Source: Nitrosospira sp. (GTDB taxonomy: Bacteria > Pseudomonadota > Gammaproteobacteria > Burkholderiales > Nitrosomonadaceae). From it: a DNA stretch of 64,000 nt. Of this stretch, positions 30,780-41,908 are shown in pieces (positions within the stretch are counted from its first letter, which is position 1; every line of letters starts with the position of its first letter). The notes under the pieces were generated by a model that was not told the DNA's origin, did not search any database, and saw nothing but the letters and a program-made list of their open reading frames with translations. The stretch lies in the NCBI GenBank assembly GCA_013450215.1, contig JACDSH010000015.1:43481-107480 (forward strand). The letters run 5' to 3'. The position numbers and the translations under genes were made by a program.

Positions 30780-31219
30780 TTTAACTCCTTGTGCTGAAGT
30801 TTCTGCCCCTCCACGATCTCGAAGTCGTGTGTCATCTCTGCTGTTTTTCCAAGCATAATTGAAGCTGAACAGTACTTTTCTGCGGACAGGCTGATTGCCC
30901 GCTCTATCTGTTGTGGTTGCAAGTTCTTACCGGTTAGTATGAAGTGGAAGTGAATATGGGTAAATACTTTGGGTTCATTTGTTGCCCGCTGCGCCTCAAT
31001 CTCAACCACGCAATCGCTGATTTCCTGACGGCCCTTTTTCAGAATCAACATTACATCAAAAGCTGCACAGCCGCCGGTTCCCATCAGCAGCATTTCCATC
31101 GGGCGCGGTCCTAGATTTCTGCCGCCTGTTTCTGGTGGTCCGTCCATCAGCACCTGATGACCGCTACCTGATTCACCCAGGAAACTCATTCCATCCTTCC
31201 ATTCGATACGCGCTTTCAT
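30776..31219 (-). CDS. OsmC-family peroxiredoxin-like protein
   Basis: 147 aa with the OsmC/Ohr fold pattern ([19 protein letters not shown]...CSAS). AAGGAG RBS. Confidence 0.78.
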   Translation of the reverse strand: MKARIEWKDGMSFLGESGSGHQVLMDGPPETGGRNLGPRPMEMLLMGTGGCAAFDVMLILKKGRQEISDCVVEIEAQRATNEPKVFTHIHFHFILTGKNLQPQQIERAISLSAEKYCSASIMLGKTAEMTHDFEIVEGQKLQHKELN

Positions 31220-31260
31220 ACCACTCCTTTAAAATATTTTCTGCTGGTATTCTAACAATT

Positions 31261-32022
31261 TCAAATCTTGTTCGGTGCCGGTAACAATCGGTACCACAGC
31301 ATCCCAATAACCTCATGAATGAAAATCCGGCTTTGTTGTAGTGCACTCGCTGTCGGAAGGTAAGCTAGTCCATCCGTTCGGTAGCGGGTTGTAAATGCAG
31401 TTGGTGCTGGGGTAACTTGGAATCCTGCCCGTTCAAACTCTTTCACCGCCCTTGGCATATGCCAAGCATGTGTTACCAGCATGATGTGTGTGATCCCATC
31501 TTTTTTTAGGATTTCATAACTCTTGTAGGCATTCTCGTGTGTATTGTTGGAGGTCCCCTCGACCCACTTGACCGGAGTCATGAATTCATTTTCTAGCACA
31601 GATTTCATCTGCTCCGCCTCGGAAGTGGCGTTACCCAGTGGCGCGCCACCGGTCACTAATATTAATTTACCCGTTAACTGGTATAGGTGAGCGGCATAAC
31701 GAATACGTTCTAGACTATACCGATTTACCGTATCACCGCCATACTCCACCGCATTGAAATAAGTTCCGCCGCCCAGAACCACGATGACCTGTCCCTCGCT
31801 GTCAACTGAGTCAGCTACGTAGGGCGTTTCAAACTTTTGCAACATCGTCTCTACGATAAATGGCGTCGAAATTAAGTAAAGCAAGGCCAGTGTACTTGCC
31901 AATAGAAATCTACCCAATCTTGGGTGGTGCTTGAGTAGTAACACTCCCAGAGCGCCTAGTAAGATTAGGTTCAGTGGTGGCAGCAGAAAAGCACTGACTA
32001 GATTAGTCGCAGTCCAACTCAT
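31261..32022 (-). CDS. YdcF/ElyC-like DUF218 protein, membrane anchored
   Basis: 253 aa. N-terminal TM helices, then the DUF218 core (VIVVLGGG...LVTGG...ML.VTHAWHMPRA). Confidence 0.78.
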   Translation of the reverse strand: MSWTATNLVSAFLLPPLNLILLGALGVLLLKHHPRLGRFLLASTLALLYLISTPFIVETMLQKFETPYVADSVDSEGQVIVVLGGGTYFNAVEYGGDTVNRYSLERIRYAAHLYQLTGKLILVTGGAPLGNATSEAEQMKSVLENEFMTPVKWVEGTSNNTHENAYKSYEILKKDGITHIMLVTHAWHMPRAVKEFERAGFQVTPAPTAFTTRYRTDGLAYLPTASALQQSRIFIHEVIGMLWYRLLPAPNKI

Positions 32023-32037
32023 AATTTAGATAAATCA

Positions 32038-32046
32038 CCCCCCCCC
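32038..32046 (-). repeat. Homopolymeric G9 (C9 on the + strand) upstream of the DUF218 gene
   Basis: Nine consecutive C at 32038-32046, which is 16-24 nt upstream of the ATG at 32022. Confidence 0.9.
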
Positions 32047-32082
32047 TTCTTAATCCGTATGCATTAATACCGGACTTAAAAT

Positions 32083-32114
32083 AAAAAGCCGACGCACTAA
32101 TGCGTCGGCTTTTT
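32083..32114 (-). terminator. Rho-independent terminator after the cytochrome c gene
   Basis: AAAAAGCCGACGCA-ctaa-TGCGTCGGCTTTTT: a 9-bp GC-rich stem with A- and T-runs on both sides, 17 nt downstream of the stop at 32131. Confidence 0.85.
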
Positions 32115-32130
32115 ATACGGTCAACCCAGG

Positions 32131-32442
32131 TTACTTGAGTGACAGAATGAACTGCGCCAAAATCTTTGCATTGGCTTCAGTCACACCCGCATTGGCTGGC
32201 ATTGGGATCGGTCCCCATACACCAACGCCTCCTTTGAGGATCTTCTCTGTTAGCATGGCTGGTGCAGTGGCATCACCCTTATACTTAGCAGCAATATCCT
32301 TGAGGCTAGGCCCGACCATTTTCTTGTCAACCATATGACAGTTCAGACACCCACTGCTTGTGGCCAATTCTGCACTCGCTTGAGCAGTTCCCACCATCAC
32401 TAGGGCTGATGCTCCAATCAATCCCATCCAGACAGTCTTCAT
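32131..32442 (-). CDS. Class I mono-heme cytochrome c (c-551/c-552 type)
   Basis: 103 aa. Signal peptide, CLNCH, and MVGPSLKDIAAKY...GGVGVWGPIPMP typical of c-551/552. Confidence 0.9.
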   Translation of the reverse strand: MKTVWMGLIGASALVMVGTAQASAELATSSGCLNCHMVDKKMVGPSLKDIAAKYKGDATAPAMLTEKILKGGVGVWGPIPMPANAGVTEANAKILAQFILSLK

Positions 32443-32460
32443 TTTTACTCCTTTTATTCA

Positions 32461-34530
32461 TTAAGGTTGTAGAGGAAACTTTATTCTACCTCGAACTTCG
32501 CAGATACGCAGCAAATCCTGCAAGTCAGAAATCTTCGGTAAGCATCTAACGCCCTGACATACCCAAGCATTGACAGCTCCATCTACCTCTACTGGTTTAT
32601 TCAGGCTTATAGGAAGGTCGGGAACTCCCGATGGCACTGCAAGGACCATGGTATGAGCCGAGATCGGGAGCAATGCCTCCTGCCACCCTATTAGATTTTC
32701 AGCTGACCCCCGTAATATAACGACTTGGGGCGGGGTAAGAGCTTCTTCTAGGGCTGTCAGGAGGCTGCAACAGGAGCTGGAATGCCGCTGTATTACAGGA
32801 TAGAACAGACTGATTGTGCGTTCCGCCGTCTTTAAGTAACGTGCTTCACCAATCAAGTGGCCAAGGCGCTGTAGGCTATAGGCCGCCACTCCATTACCCG
32901 AGGGGACTGAGTTGTCATGGCCAGATTTCGGCCGGTGGATAAGTTTTTCATGCTGGTGGCCAGTGAAGAAAAAACCTCCTGACTGTTCGTCTTCAAACTG
33001 TTCTAGCAATACTTCGGCCAGCGCCACGGCAAAGTCCAGATCAACCTGCCGAAACTCCGCCTGCATCAGTTCCAACAGCCCATCCAACAAAAATGCATAA
33101 TCATCAAGATAGGCGTTGAGATGCGCTTTACCATCCTTACAAGTTGCGAGCAGAACTCCATCTCTCCATAGCGTCGAACGAATAAAGTCTGCCGCTTCAG
33201 CAGCTGAGCGCACCCAATCACTGCGCCCGAAAACGCGGCCTGCGTGAGCCATGCCTTTGATCATTAGCCCATTCCAGCTGGTTAAAATCTTTTCATCCCG
33301 TCCTGGGTGCACGCGCGACTCACGCTCAACAAATAACTTGCTCCGTGCTATCGTCAGTCTTTGCTGGGCCTCCGCCTGACAAATGCCAGCATCCTCTGCT
33401 GTCTTCAGCATCGGCTGCACGATCTCCAGGTTCCAGTATTGACGCTCGAAGTTCGGCGGTCTCAATAAACCATAATAGGGGGCAACCACTGCGTACTCTT
33501 CAGGCAAGAGGGTCCGCTCTACTTGAGCGCGCTCCCAGACGTAGAACCTGCCTTCTTCATTCTCAGAGTCAGCGTCAATCGTCGAATAATAGCCCCCCAG
33601 CAATGATTGCATTTCGCGCGTGACCCACTCAGCCGATTCTTCTACAACCCTCTTAAATAGAGGATCGCTCGTAATCAGCCAGGCATCAGAATAGAGCCGC
33701 AGTAACGGCGCATTGTCATAAAGCATTTTTTCAAAGTGTGGAATGCTCCATTGTTGGTCCGTACTGTACCGATAGAAACCACCCCCAATTTGATCGTAGA
33801 TACCGCCTTTTGCCATCTTTTCTAGGGAGAAGACGGCAATATTAAGAATTACTTGGTCTTTGGTCGCCCAATAATGTCGCAAACAGAATTCAAGCTCGGT
33901 CGGATGAAGGAACTTTGGCACCCCACCAAAACCTCCATGTTCAGTATCAAACCTGTTTTTTAAGTCCGCCGTAGCATCAACCAACAGCTGTTTCGAAAAT
34001 ACAAAGGGGTCTGTGGGTTTTGATGGCAGTCTAGCTGCCAAAGACTCTAGCACCGCGGCACTCTGCTGCTCAATTTCGGCACCACGCGTGTAATACGCCT
34101 CAGCAATACGCGGCAACAGATCGAGAAGGCCCGTCACACCGTATCGCGGTAACTTCGGGAAATAGGTGCCACCAAAGAATGGTTTCTGCTTAGGCGTCAG
34201 GAACATGGTCAATGGCCAACCCCCGTTACGACCGGTCAGTATATAAAGGGCTGCCTGATAAATCTGGTCGAGATCGGGGCGCTCTTCCCGGTCGACCTTG
34301 ATGTTGACAAAGTGTAGGTTCATCGCTGCGGCGACTTCCACATCTTCAAATGACTCATGCGCCATTACGTGGCACCAGTGACAGGCGGAATAACCTATAG
34401 ACAGCAATATGGGTTTATTTTGCGCTCGCGCTAGGGCCAACGCCTCTTCGCCCCATGGATGCCAGTCCACTGGATTGTGAATGTGCTGAAGAAGATAGGG
34501 GCTAGTTTCGCCCCCCAAGTGATTGGTCAT
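32461..34530 (-). CDS. Thioredoxin-domain (DUF255/YyaL-like) protein with six-hairpin glycosidase-like C-terminus
   Basis: SPYLLQH..NPVDW and CHWCHVM motifs. Start at ATG 34530 (the track start at 34539 is TTG). Confidence 0.82.
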   Translation of the reverse strand: MTNHLGGETSPYLLQHIHNPVDWHPWGEEALALARAQNKPILLSIGYSACHWCHVMAHESFEDVEVAAAMNLHFVNIKVDREERPDLDQIYQAALYILTGRNGGWPLTMFLTPKQKPFFGGTYFPKLPRYGVTGLLDLLPRIAEAYYTRGAEIEQQSAAVLESLAARLPSKPTDPFVFSKQLLVDATADLKNRFDTEHGGFGGVPKFLHPTELEFCLRHYWATKDQVILNIAVFSLEKMAKGGIYDQIGGGFYRYSTDQQWSIPHFEKMLYDNAPLLRLYSDAWLITSDPLFKRVVEESAEWVTREMQSLLGGYYSTIDADSENEEGRFYVWERAQVERTLLPEEYAVVAPYYGLLRPPNFERQYWNLEIVQPMLKTAEDAGICQAEAQQRLTIARSKLFVERESRVHPGRDEKILTSWNGLMIKGMAHAGRVFGRSDWVRSAAEAADFIRSTLWRDGVLLATCKDGKAHLNAYLDDYAFLLDGLLELMQAEFRQVDLDFAVALAEVLLEQFEDEQSGGFFFTGHQHEKLIHRPKSGHDNSVPSGNGVAAYSLQRLGHLIGEARYLKTAERTISLFYPVIQRHSSSCCSLLTALEEALTPPQVVILRGSAENLIGWQEALLPISAHTMVLAVPSGVPDLPISLNKPVEVDGAVNAWVCQGVRCLPKISDLQDLLRICEVRGRIKFPLQP

Positions 34531-34548
34531 GCCATCCAATCTTACTGG

Positions 34549-36228
34549 CTATGACCCATCTGTTATTGCGCCACGACTGGCGGTAGAGACCAGCCTTGCG
34601 TATTTTGCCAATACCCCGCGTGTATAGCGCGGCGGCGGCGGGCGCCAGGCGGCACGGCGCCGGACAAGCTCCCCCTCCGAAACATTGAGTTGCAACAACC
34701 TTTCCTCTGCGTCTATGGTGATGGAATCCCCCTCATGCACCAGCGCTATAGTCCCGCCGACGAATGCTTCAGGCGCAACATGACCAACCACCATGCCGTA
34801 AGTGCCGCCGGAGAAACGCCCGTCAGTGATTAGCCCTACCGAATCTCCCAACCCTTCGCCAATAAGGGCAGAGGTGGGTGAGAGCATCTCTCGCATGCCC
34901 GGCCCTCCTTTAGGACCTTCATAGCGAATCACCACCACATCGCCAGATTGAATCTTGCATGCGAGTATCGCTTCCATACAAGCCTCCTCGGACTCAAATA
35001 CTCTCGCTGGGCCCGTAATTTTGGGGTTTTTGACTCCACTAATTTTGGCTACGCACCCTTCAGTCGAGAGGTTGCCCTTGAGGATGGCGAGGTGGCCTTG
35101 CGCATACATCGGATTGTCCCATTGCCGGATTACGTCTTGATCTTTACGCGGGGCGGGCAGAACATCCCGCAATATCTCTGCAACGGTCTGGCCGCTGATG
35201 GTCATGCAATCCCCGTGAAGCAAACCATGGTCGAGCAGCATTTTCATTACCTGCGGAACGCCACCTGCCTGATGTAGATCGGTCGCAACATACCGTCCAG
35301 ATGGCTTCAGATTGCACAGTACTGGCACTCTCCCCCGCATGCGCTCGAAGTCGTCGATACTGAGCTCCACCTCCGCCGCATGAGCAATCGCCAAAAAATG
35401 AAGCACTGCATTGGTTGACCCGCCCACCGCCATGATTACAGCTATCGCATTCTCAATAGATTTTTTGGTGATAATGTCTCGCGGGCGGATCTGTTGCTTG
35501 ATCGCATTGACCAGCACCTCCGCTGACCGGGCGGCGCTCACCAATTTCTCCTCATCTTCAGCCGCCATTGTCGATGAATAAGGCAGGCTCATCCCCATCG
35601 CTTCAAATGCTGATGACATGGTATTGGCAGTAAACATGCCTCCGCAGGAGCCTGCGCCGGGGCAGGCATGGCGCTCCACTTCCAATAGTTCCTTTTCATC
35701 TATTTTATGGGCGGCATACTGTCCAACAGCTTCGAACGAACTGACTATGGTCAGATCCTGTCCTTTGTAGTGTCCGGGCTTGATAGTGCCGCCGTAAACA
35801 AAAATAGCCGGAACATTCATTCTGGCCATTGCGATCATTGCGCCCGGCATATTCTTGTCACAACCGCCAATCGCGATCACCCCGTCCATGCTCTCCGCCT
35901 GAACCGCTGTTTCAATCGAGTCTGCAATCACTTCGCGTGACACCAACGAGTACTTCATGCCCTCAGTTCCCATAGAGATGCCATCCGACACCGTAATCGT
36001 GCCAAACATCTGCGGCATTGCCCCGGCCTGCTTCAATGCATTCTCAGCATTTATGGCAAGCTCATTCAATCCCATGTTGCAGGGTGTGATGGTAGAGTAA
36101 CCATTAGCAACGCCGACAATGGGCTTATCAAAATCACTGTCGGTGAAGCCCACCGCTCGTAGCATTGCGCGGCTAGGAGAGCGCTGAGCGCCTTGAGTAA
36201 TGGCTTGACTGCGCTTGTTGTATGGCAT
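34549..36228 (-). CDS. ilvD: Dihydroxy-acid dehydratase
   Basis: 559 aa. GGCDKNMPG and [11 protein letters not shown] Fe-S/Mg-site blocks, C-terminal TDGRFSGGT. Confidence 0.96.
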   Translation of the reverse strand: MPYNKRSQAITQGAQRSPSRAMLRAVGFTDSDFDKPIVGVANGYSTITPCNMGLNELAINAENALKQAGAMPQMFGTITVSDGISMGTEGMKYSLVSREVIADSIETAVQAESMDGVIAIGGCDKNMPGAMIAMARMNVPAIFVYGGTIKPGHYKGQDLTIVSSFEAVGQYAAHKIDEKELLEVERHACPGAGSCGGMFTANTMSSAFEAMGMSLPYSSTMAAEDEEKLVSAARSAEVLVNAIKQQIRPRDIITKKSIENAIAVIMAVGGSTNAVLHFLAIAHAAEVELSIDDFERMRGRVPVLCNLKPSGRYVATDLHQAGGVPQVMKMLLDHGLLHGDCMTISGQTVAEILRDVLPAPRKDQDVIRQWDNPMYAQGHLAILKGNLSTEGCVAKISGVKNPKITGPARVFESEEACMEAILACKIQSGDVVVIRYEGPKGGPGMREMLSPTSALIGEGLGDSVGLITDGRFSGGTYGMVVGHVAPEAFVGGTIALVHEGDSITIDAEERLLQLNVSEGELVRRRAAWRPPPPRYTRGVLAKYARLVSTASRGAITDGS

Positions 36229-36333
36229 GACTGCTCCTGAGAAACGTTAGAAATCTACGGCAATGGAGCCCCCCGCTAGTGCTCGTGATATTACGGTGAA
36301 GGCGCTTGCCGTATAATTCTGATTTTACCGCAA

Positions 36334-37167
36334 ATGAAACTGAATCTCATGTTCGTGCATCCGCAGTTTGATCCTATCGCCATCTACCTCGGGCCCCTCT
36401 CAATTCGTTGGTACGGACTCATGTACTTGCTTGGGTTCGCCCTATTCATCTTGCTGGGGCGATACTGCATTAAGCACCGTCCACAAGCGGCATTCACCAG
36501 CACCATGCTAGACGACATGCTATTTTATGGCGTTCTTGGGGTGATAGTGGGAGGCCGCCTAGGTTACGTGCTGTTTTACCATTTTGGTTATTTTTTGCAG
36601 CACCCATTGGAAATTTTTGCAGTTTGGCAGGGAGGCATGGCTTTTCACGGGGGATTTCTCGGTGTAATTACAGCGATGGCGCTTCTGGCACGCAAATATA
36701 AATTACGCTGGCTAGTTGTGACGGACTTTATTGCGCCACTAGTGCCTCTCGGACTGGGAGCCGGCCGGATTGGTAATTTCATCAATGCCGAGCTTTGGGG
36801 TCGCCCCACTGACGTGGCCTGGGGCATGATCTTCCCCCACGTCGATGCATTGCCCCGTCACCCCTCTCAACTCTATGAGTTTGCGCTTGAAGGTCTCGCT
36901 TTTTTTGCACTGTTATGGATTTACTCCTCCAAGCCAAGACCGGTGGGGGCGGTCTCGGGCATGTTCTTACTGGGCTACGGCATATTCCGCTCACTTGCTG
37001 AGTTCTTTCGTGAACCTGGGGAAGGTTTCATCGGCGTCCTAACACTGGGCATTAGTATGGGCCAGTGGTTATCACTGCCGATGATTTTTGTAGGCATTGG
37101 AATGCTGGTCTGGGCAAATCGTGAACCAAGCCAACTCGCCAACTCAGACAAAGGGAATCGTAAGTAA
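36334..37167 (+). CDS. lgt: Prolipoprotein diacylglyceryl transferase
   Basis: [28 protein letters not shown] and HPSQLYE blocks as in E. coli Lgt. Alternative ATG at 36349. Confidence 0.93.
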   Translation: MKLNLMFVHPQFDPIAIYLGPLSIRWYGLMYLLGFALFILLGRYCIKHRPQAAFTSTMLDDMLFYGVLGVIVGGRLGYVLFYHFGYFLQHPLEIFAVWQGGMAFHGGFLGVITAMALLARKYKLRWLVVTDFIAPLVPLGLGAGRIGNFINAELWGRPTDVAWGMIFPHVDALPRHPSQLYEFALEGLAFFALLWIYSSKPRPVGAVSGMFLLGYGIFRSLAEFFREPGEGFIGVLTLGISMGQWLSLPMIFVGIGMLVWANREPSQLANSDKGNRK

Positions 37168-37430
37168 TTTCACTCACATGCCCCCTCGACATACCGCCGC
37201 TCTCATCCTTCTCGCCCCCCTGAAACTTATCGTGACAACATCCTCTTGCTGAAAGAATAAAGAAATTCAGAGGCACGCTCCGTGTAACGTACCTCATCAA
37301 AGTTAAAATTCAAATCTGCTGGGGACCCCTCAACAGATCGAATATTTGATAGTATTTATGCTAGCAAAACTCAACGATCAGGACTACCATGAATTTTGCT
37401 CCGATCCGATAGATCTGTAGTGAGGTTGTT

Positions 37431-37709
37431 ATGTCTACTAAAATTCCACAAGCGTCTCGTGACTACGAAAATACCCGCATTATTGAGCGGCCCGATGGCT
37501 TCTACTGGTACTATGAAAATACCAGTGAAAAAAAATTTGGCCCCTTCATCACCCTGCTTGATGCAGTTCATGATATGGAATACACGGCCGAGTCAGATTA
37601 TGAGCTGGGCGAGGCCTTGGAACAGGCCGAAGATAAAATCGGCATGTCTGGCCGGATTGATCCTGCAACAGGGGAGCCCGGCGAAGAGTCATTTCGTCTT
37701 GAAAACTAA
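37431..37709 (+). CDS. Small acidic hypothetical protein
   Basis: 92 aa, GAGG RBS 7 nt upstream, protein-like composition (RPDGFYWYYENTSEKKFGPF...). The overlapping 168-aa track ORF in another frame looks like noise. Confidence 0.6.
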   Translation: MSTKIPQASRDYENTRIIERPDGFYWYYENTSEKKFGPFITLLDAVHDMEYTAESDYELGEALEQAEDKIGMSGRIDPATGEPGEESFRLEN

Positions 37710-37888
37710 ACGACTTAACAACCGCTTGTCCGGTGTAGCTTCTTCGATGTTTAGCCCACCCTTCTCGCAGACGTTAAAAAATCACCAATCCAAACATACT
37801 ATAACCACCCACAATTCATTTATTCTTTCCTGCCCTGCAAGAACTCAGAGCATGAACTATTCCATCTTTTACTTTAGCTGGGGGCTGT

Positions 37889-39277
37889 GTGAATTACCGT
37901 GAAGAGAAAGATGCCATGGGCACAATTCGAGTGCCCGCCACCGCGCTCTGGGGTGCGCAGACACAGCGCTCTTTGCAAAACTTCAAGATTTCTAACGAGC
38001 GAATGCCATCCACGTTTATCCGTGCACTTGCTCTAGTTAAGCGCGCCGCTTCCAGTGTGAATCATGACTTAGGCTTACTCGATTCAACAACTGCCGCTGC
38101 CATCGCTCAAGCTGCTGATGAAGTGATCGAGGGTCGCCACGAAAGTGAGTTCCCCCTGTCAATATGGCAGACTGGCTCTGGTACCCAGACCAACATGAAC
38201 ATGAACGAGGTGCTCGCACACCGCGCTTCCGAATTACTCAATGGAGATCGTGGCAGCGAGCACAAGATTCATCCGAATGATGACGTGAATATGGGACAGT
38301 CATCTAATGATGTATTCCCATCTGCAATGCATGTGGCGGCGGTTGACACCATCCACCGCCAATTAAAACCCGCGCTTCGTGGATTGCGTCAAACTCTTGC
38401 CGCCAAAGCTGAGCAATTTTCCAGCATCATCAAGATCGGCCGCACCCACTTGCAGGATGCAACGCCAATGACCTTGGGGCAGGAGTTTTCAGGTTATGTC
38501 TCACAACTAGATCACGGTCTAGAGCATATTGATGCATCACTCCCCCATCTCTGCGAGCTCGCCTTGGGGGGAACAGCTGTGGGTACGGGCCTAAATACCC
38601 ACCCAGAATTTGCTACGCGCATAGCTGCAGAGCTGGCGAGACTGACGGGGCTACCCTTCGTTACCGCACCCAATAAATTTGAAGCGTTAGCTGCAAATGA
38701 TGCCCTAGTTCATGCGCATGGCGCACTAAAAACGCTAGCAGCATCTTTAATGAAAATTGCTAATGACATCCGATGGCTATCCTCTGGCCCCCGCTGCGGT
38801 ATCAGTGAGCTAAAAATTCCGGAAAACGAGCCCGGCAGTTCCATTATGCCTGGCAAGGTTAATCCAACTCAGTCTGAGGCCATGGTGATGCTCTGCTGCC
38901 AGGTGATGGGCAACGATGTAGCGGTCAATATGGGCGGGGCAATGGGAAATTTTGAACTTAATGTGATGAAACCACTCATCATCCATAACTTCCTACAAAG
39001 CTTGCGCCTGCTCTCAGATGGTGCAAATAGTTTTAATACAAACTGCGCGGCAGGGATTACGGCTGATGCCGGGCACATTGATAGCCTGATGCGCAATTCT
39101 CTGATGTTGGCGACCGCGCTCAATCCCCATATCGGTTATGACCGGGCAACAGAAATTGCTAAGAAGGCCTACCGTGAAGGAAGCCCCCTGAGGGAGGCAG
39201 CACTCGCAACAGGCTACGTCACAGAAGAACAATTCGACCTGTGGGTAAGGCCCGAAAATATGGTAGGAAACGGGTAG
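37889..39277 (+). CDS. fumC: Class II fumarate hydratase
   Basis: 462 aa. [11 protein letters not shown] signature. The GTG start gives [11 protein letters not shown]..., parallel to E. coli MNTVRSEKDSMG. Confidence 0.96.
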   Translation: MNYREEKDAMGTIRVPATALWGAQTQRSLQNFKISNERMPSTFIRALALVKRAASSVNHDLGLLDSTTAAAIAQAADEVIEGRHESEFPLSIWQTGSGTQTNMNMNEVLAHRASELLNGDRGSEHKIHPNDDVNMGQSSNDVFPSAMHVAAVDTIHRQLKPALRGLRQTLAAKAEQFSSIIKIGRTHLQDATPMTLGQEFSGYVSQLDHGLEHIDASLPHLCELALGGTAVGTGLNTHPEFATRIAAELARLTGLPFVTAPNKFEALAANDALVHAHGALKTLAASLMKIANDIRWLSSGPRCGISELKIPENEPGSSIMPGKVNPTQSEAMVMLCCQVMGNDVAVNMGGAMGNFELNVMKPLIIHNFLQSLRLLSDGANSFNTNCAAGITADAGHIDSLMRNSLMLATALNPHIGYDRATEIAKKAYREGSPLREAALATGYVTEEQFDLWVRPENMVGNG

Positions 39278-39284
39278 GACAAGG

Positions 39285-40253
39285 TCACAGCTTCCCCGTT
39301 TTAAATCTCTCCGTTGCCTTCACCAACTCTGCTTGTATCCCTGGCTCCCACACTGAATGACCCGCATCATTGACGACCACATACCTCGCTTGCGGCCATT
39401 CATGATGCAAATCATCGGCACTGATGATGGGGCAAACCGCATCGTAGCGCCCCTGCACAATGATAGCTGGGATTGACCGGATCTTATCCACATTATCCAG
39501 TAGTGAGTTCTTGGGTAGAAATATGTCGTGACTGAAGTAATGCGCTTCCATCCGGGCGAGCCCCAGAGCAACAGTATCTCCAGAAAAATACCCAACAGTT
39601 TTCGGGTTGGGCAACAGTGTCGAACACGATCCCTCGTAAACACTCCAGGCCCGGGCGGCGGGCATATGAACTTCAGGATCTGGATCCATCAGGCGATGAC
39701 GATACGCGGCCAAAATGTCACCGCGCTCTGATGGCAGTAGCGGCGCCACAAAGGTATGCCACTCTTCTGGGAACAGATTTTTCAGACCGTAGAGAAACCA
39801 ATCAATCTCACTTTCTCGGCAAAGAAAAATTCCACGCAGGATAAACCCTAGACAGCGCTCTGGGTGAGTTTCTCCATAGGCTAGTGCTAATGTACTACCC
39901 CACGAACCACCAAATACCAACCACCCTTCAATGCCGAGATGCCGCCGCAAGGTCTCAATATCCCTAATGAGATGTGACGTAGTATTATCCTGCGTCTCTC
40001 CCAGTGGGGTCGAACGGCCCGCCCCGCGCTGATCAAATATCACGATCCGGTAATAAGTTGGATCATAAAACTGACGGTGCGCAGGTGAAGACCCGGCGCC
40101 AGGGCCTCCATGAAGAAATAATACCGGCACGCCAGCAGCATTTCCAGATTGCTCCCAATACATCGTGTGCAGATCATCCAGTACTAATAGTCCACTGACA
40201 TACGGCTCAATCTTCGGGAATAGGTCAGTGCGAATGTCGCTGGTCGTGGCCAT
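39285..40253 (-). CDS. pip: Prolyl aminopeptidase (proline iminopeptidase)
   Basis: 322 aa alpha/beta hydrolase. HGGPG and GGSWGS nucleophile elbow. C-terminal His region (NDAGHS). Confidence 0.9.
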   Translation of the reverse strand: MATTSDIRTDLFPKIEPYVSGLLVLDDLHTMYWEQSGNAAGVPVLFLHGGPGAGSSPAHRQFYDPTYYRIVIFDQRGAGRSTPLGETQDNTTSHLIRDIETLRRHLGIEGWLVFGGSWGSTLALAYGETHPERCLGFILRGIFLCRESEIDWFLYGLKNLFPEEWHTFVAPLLPSERGDILAAYRHRLMDPDPEVHMPAARAWSVYEGSCSTLLPNPKTVGYFSGDTVALGLARMEAHYFSHDIFLPKNSLLDNVDKIRSIPAIIVQGRYDAVCPIISADDLHHEWPQARYVVVNDAGHSVWEPGIQAELVKATERFKTGKL

Positions 40254-40384
40254 CTAGCTCCTTGAGCAGTCGTAGCTCCGTTGCAGGCTAGTCAATGGAG
40301 GGTCAGCAGGCTACGTTCTTAATCTGCATTTGCTTTGATTCTGTTATATTGCGTACTATACATTAGCATAGTGAGGATCAGCTT

Positions 40385-40639
40385 ATGTTCCACCAGCTAC
40401 AAGAGCAAGAAGTATCAATGCTACGAGCCGAAATTGAGATACTAATGAAAGAGCGTCAGAGCCTTCTCAAGGCTACTGGGGCGGCCGCAGCGTTTATCGC
40501 TAATCTCGATAGCGGCGCTCTTCCAGAGGGCGCGTATGAGGCTGCGGAGATGCTATCAAACTGTCTGAATGACCTACCTGAAGAAACCTTGCGCGATGCG
40601 CTGGATAAGGTAAGGGCAGAGTTGGCCGATAGTGAATGA
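40385..40639 (+). CDS. Small acidic coiled-coil hypothetical protein, translationally coupled to the patatin gene
   Basis: 84 aa, GAGGA RBS. Heptad-like N-terminus (LRAEIEILMKERQSLLKA). Its TGA overlaps the next ATG (ATGA at 40636-40639). Confidence 0.6.
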   Translation: MFHQLQEQEVSMLRAEIEILMKERQSLLKATGAAAAFIANLDSGALPEGAYEAAEMLSNCLNDLPEETLRDALDKVRAELADSE

Positions 40640-41802
40640 GTCTAGCCTCATCGTCAGTGCACCCTAGGGTTGGCCTAATCCTCACTGGAGGAGGTGCTCG
40701 CGCTGCTTATCAGGTTGGGGTTTTACAAGCAATTGCCGCAATGCTGCCTAAGGGTTCACGCAATCCGTTTCCTGTCATCTGTGGCACCTCTGCTGGCGCC
40801 ATTAATGCTGCCAGTCTGGCCGGGTCAGCTAGAAACTTTCACGAGGGGGTGGGCGGACTGGCACTGGTGTGGGGTAATGCCCATGTTAGCCAAGTGTACC
40901 GCTCCGACCCCATCGGTGTACTTGGCAACAGCGCACGCTGGTTCGCTTCATTACTCTTTGGAGGGTTAGGCAAGTACAGCGCGGTCTCACTGCTCGACAA
41001 TTCGCCATTCGCTCAGCTGCTAAAGCATAACGTACCGCTGCACGCGGTCCAGAAGAATATTCGGAACGGCTCCTTGCATGCCTTGGGTATTACTGCATGG
41101 GGCTACACCTCCAGTCAGTCAGTTACTTTTTATCAGGGTGCAGAAGGTATCTCCCCCTGGAAACGGTCAAGCCGTCTTGGTCTTGCGTCACATATTGGCA
41201 TTGAACACCTTGTGGCATCTTCCGCCATCCCATTTATTTTCCCAGCAATTAAACTTAATCGTGAGTACTTCGGTGATGGCTCTATGCGTCAATATGCGCC
41301 CATCAGCCCGGCACTACATCTAGGTGCAGAACGGGTAATGGTGATAGGGGTTCGCAAGTCGGGAGACACTCTACCCGATCGCGTAAAAGTAGAAGGCTAT
41401 CCACCACCAGCACAAATTGCAGGGCACGTTATGGGGAGTATTTTTCTTGATAACCTTGACGTTGATCTGGAACGACTTCAACGTATGAATAACACCATTC
41501 AGCTCGTTCCAAAAGATCGACTTCATTGTACTGACAGTCCTCTACGTCGAGTTGAGTCGTTACTGATCTCCCCCAGCAGAGAACTCAATGAGATGGCAGA
41601 ACAACATGCCCATTCTTTACCACGGACTATTCGCCTATTTTACCGTGCTGTCGGCGCAATGAATCGCGATGGCTCCGCTCTGCTCAGCTACTTACTATTT
41701 GAAAAGTCCTTCTGCCGAGCGCTCATTGAACTAGGTTATCAAGATACAATGCCGCGCTCTAAAGAAATATTACAGTTCCTTGGGTTTGATACAACAGACT
41801 GA
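40636..41802 (+). CDS. Patatin-like phospholipase (RssA-like)
   Basis: 388 aa. Oxyanion GGGARAAY, nucleophile GTSAG and catalytic Asp in GDGS. Confidence 0.9.
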   Translation: MSLASSSVHPRVGLILTGGGARAAYQVGVLQAIAAMLPKGSRNPFPVICGTSAGAINAASLAGSARNFHEGVGGLALVWGNAHVSQVYRSDPIGVLGNSARWFASLLFGGLGKYSAVSLLDNSPFAQLLKHNVPLHAVQKNIRNGSLHALGITAWGYTSSQSVTFYQGAEGISPWKRSSRLGLASHIGIEHLVASSAIPFIFPAIKLNREYFGDGSMRQYAPISPALHLGAERVMVIGVRKSGDTLPDRVKVEGYPPPAQIAGHVMGSIFLDNLDVDLERLQRMNNTIQLVPKDRLHCTDSPLRRVESLLISPSRELNEMAEQHAHSLPRTIRLFYRAVGAMNRDGSALLSYLLFEKSFCRALIELGYQDTMPRSKEILQFLGFDTTD

Positions 41803-41908
41803 ACTAGCGCTGATATAATCCTGCGTCGGAATTGTCGTTCTGGAAAAGTCTAGGCGGCATGACTCCGGCCCGTACCCGGCTACCTCATCTCTCTTCAGAG
41901 ATTTTTAT

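Noticed and set aside
41803-41908. yybP-ykoY (Mn2+) riboswitch upstream of the TerC-family gene
   Set aside because: The leader is only about 106 nt and lacks the conserved GGGGAGUAG and GAGACA-type cores of that motif.
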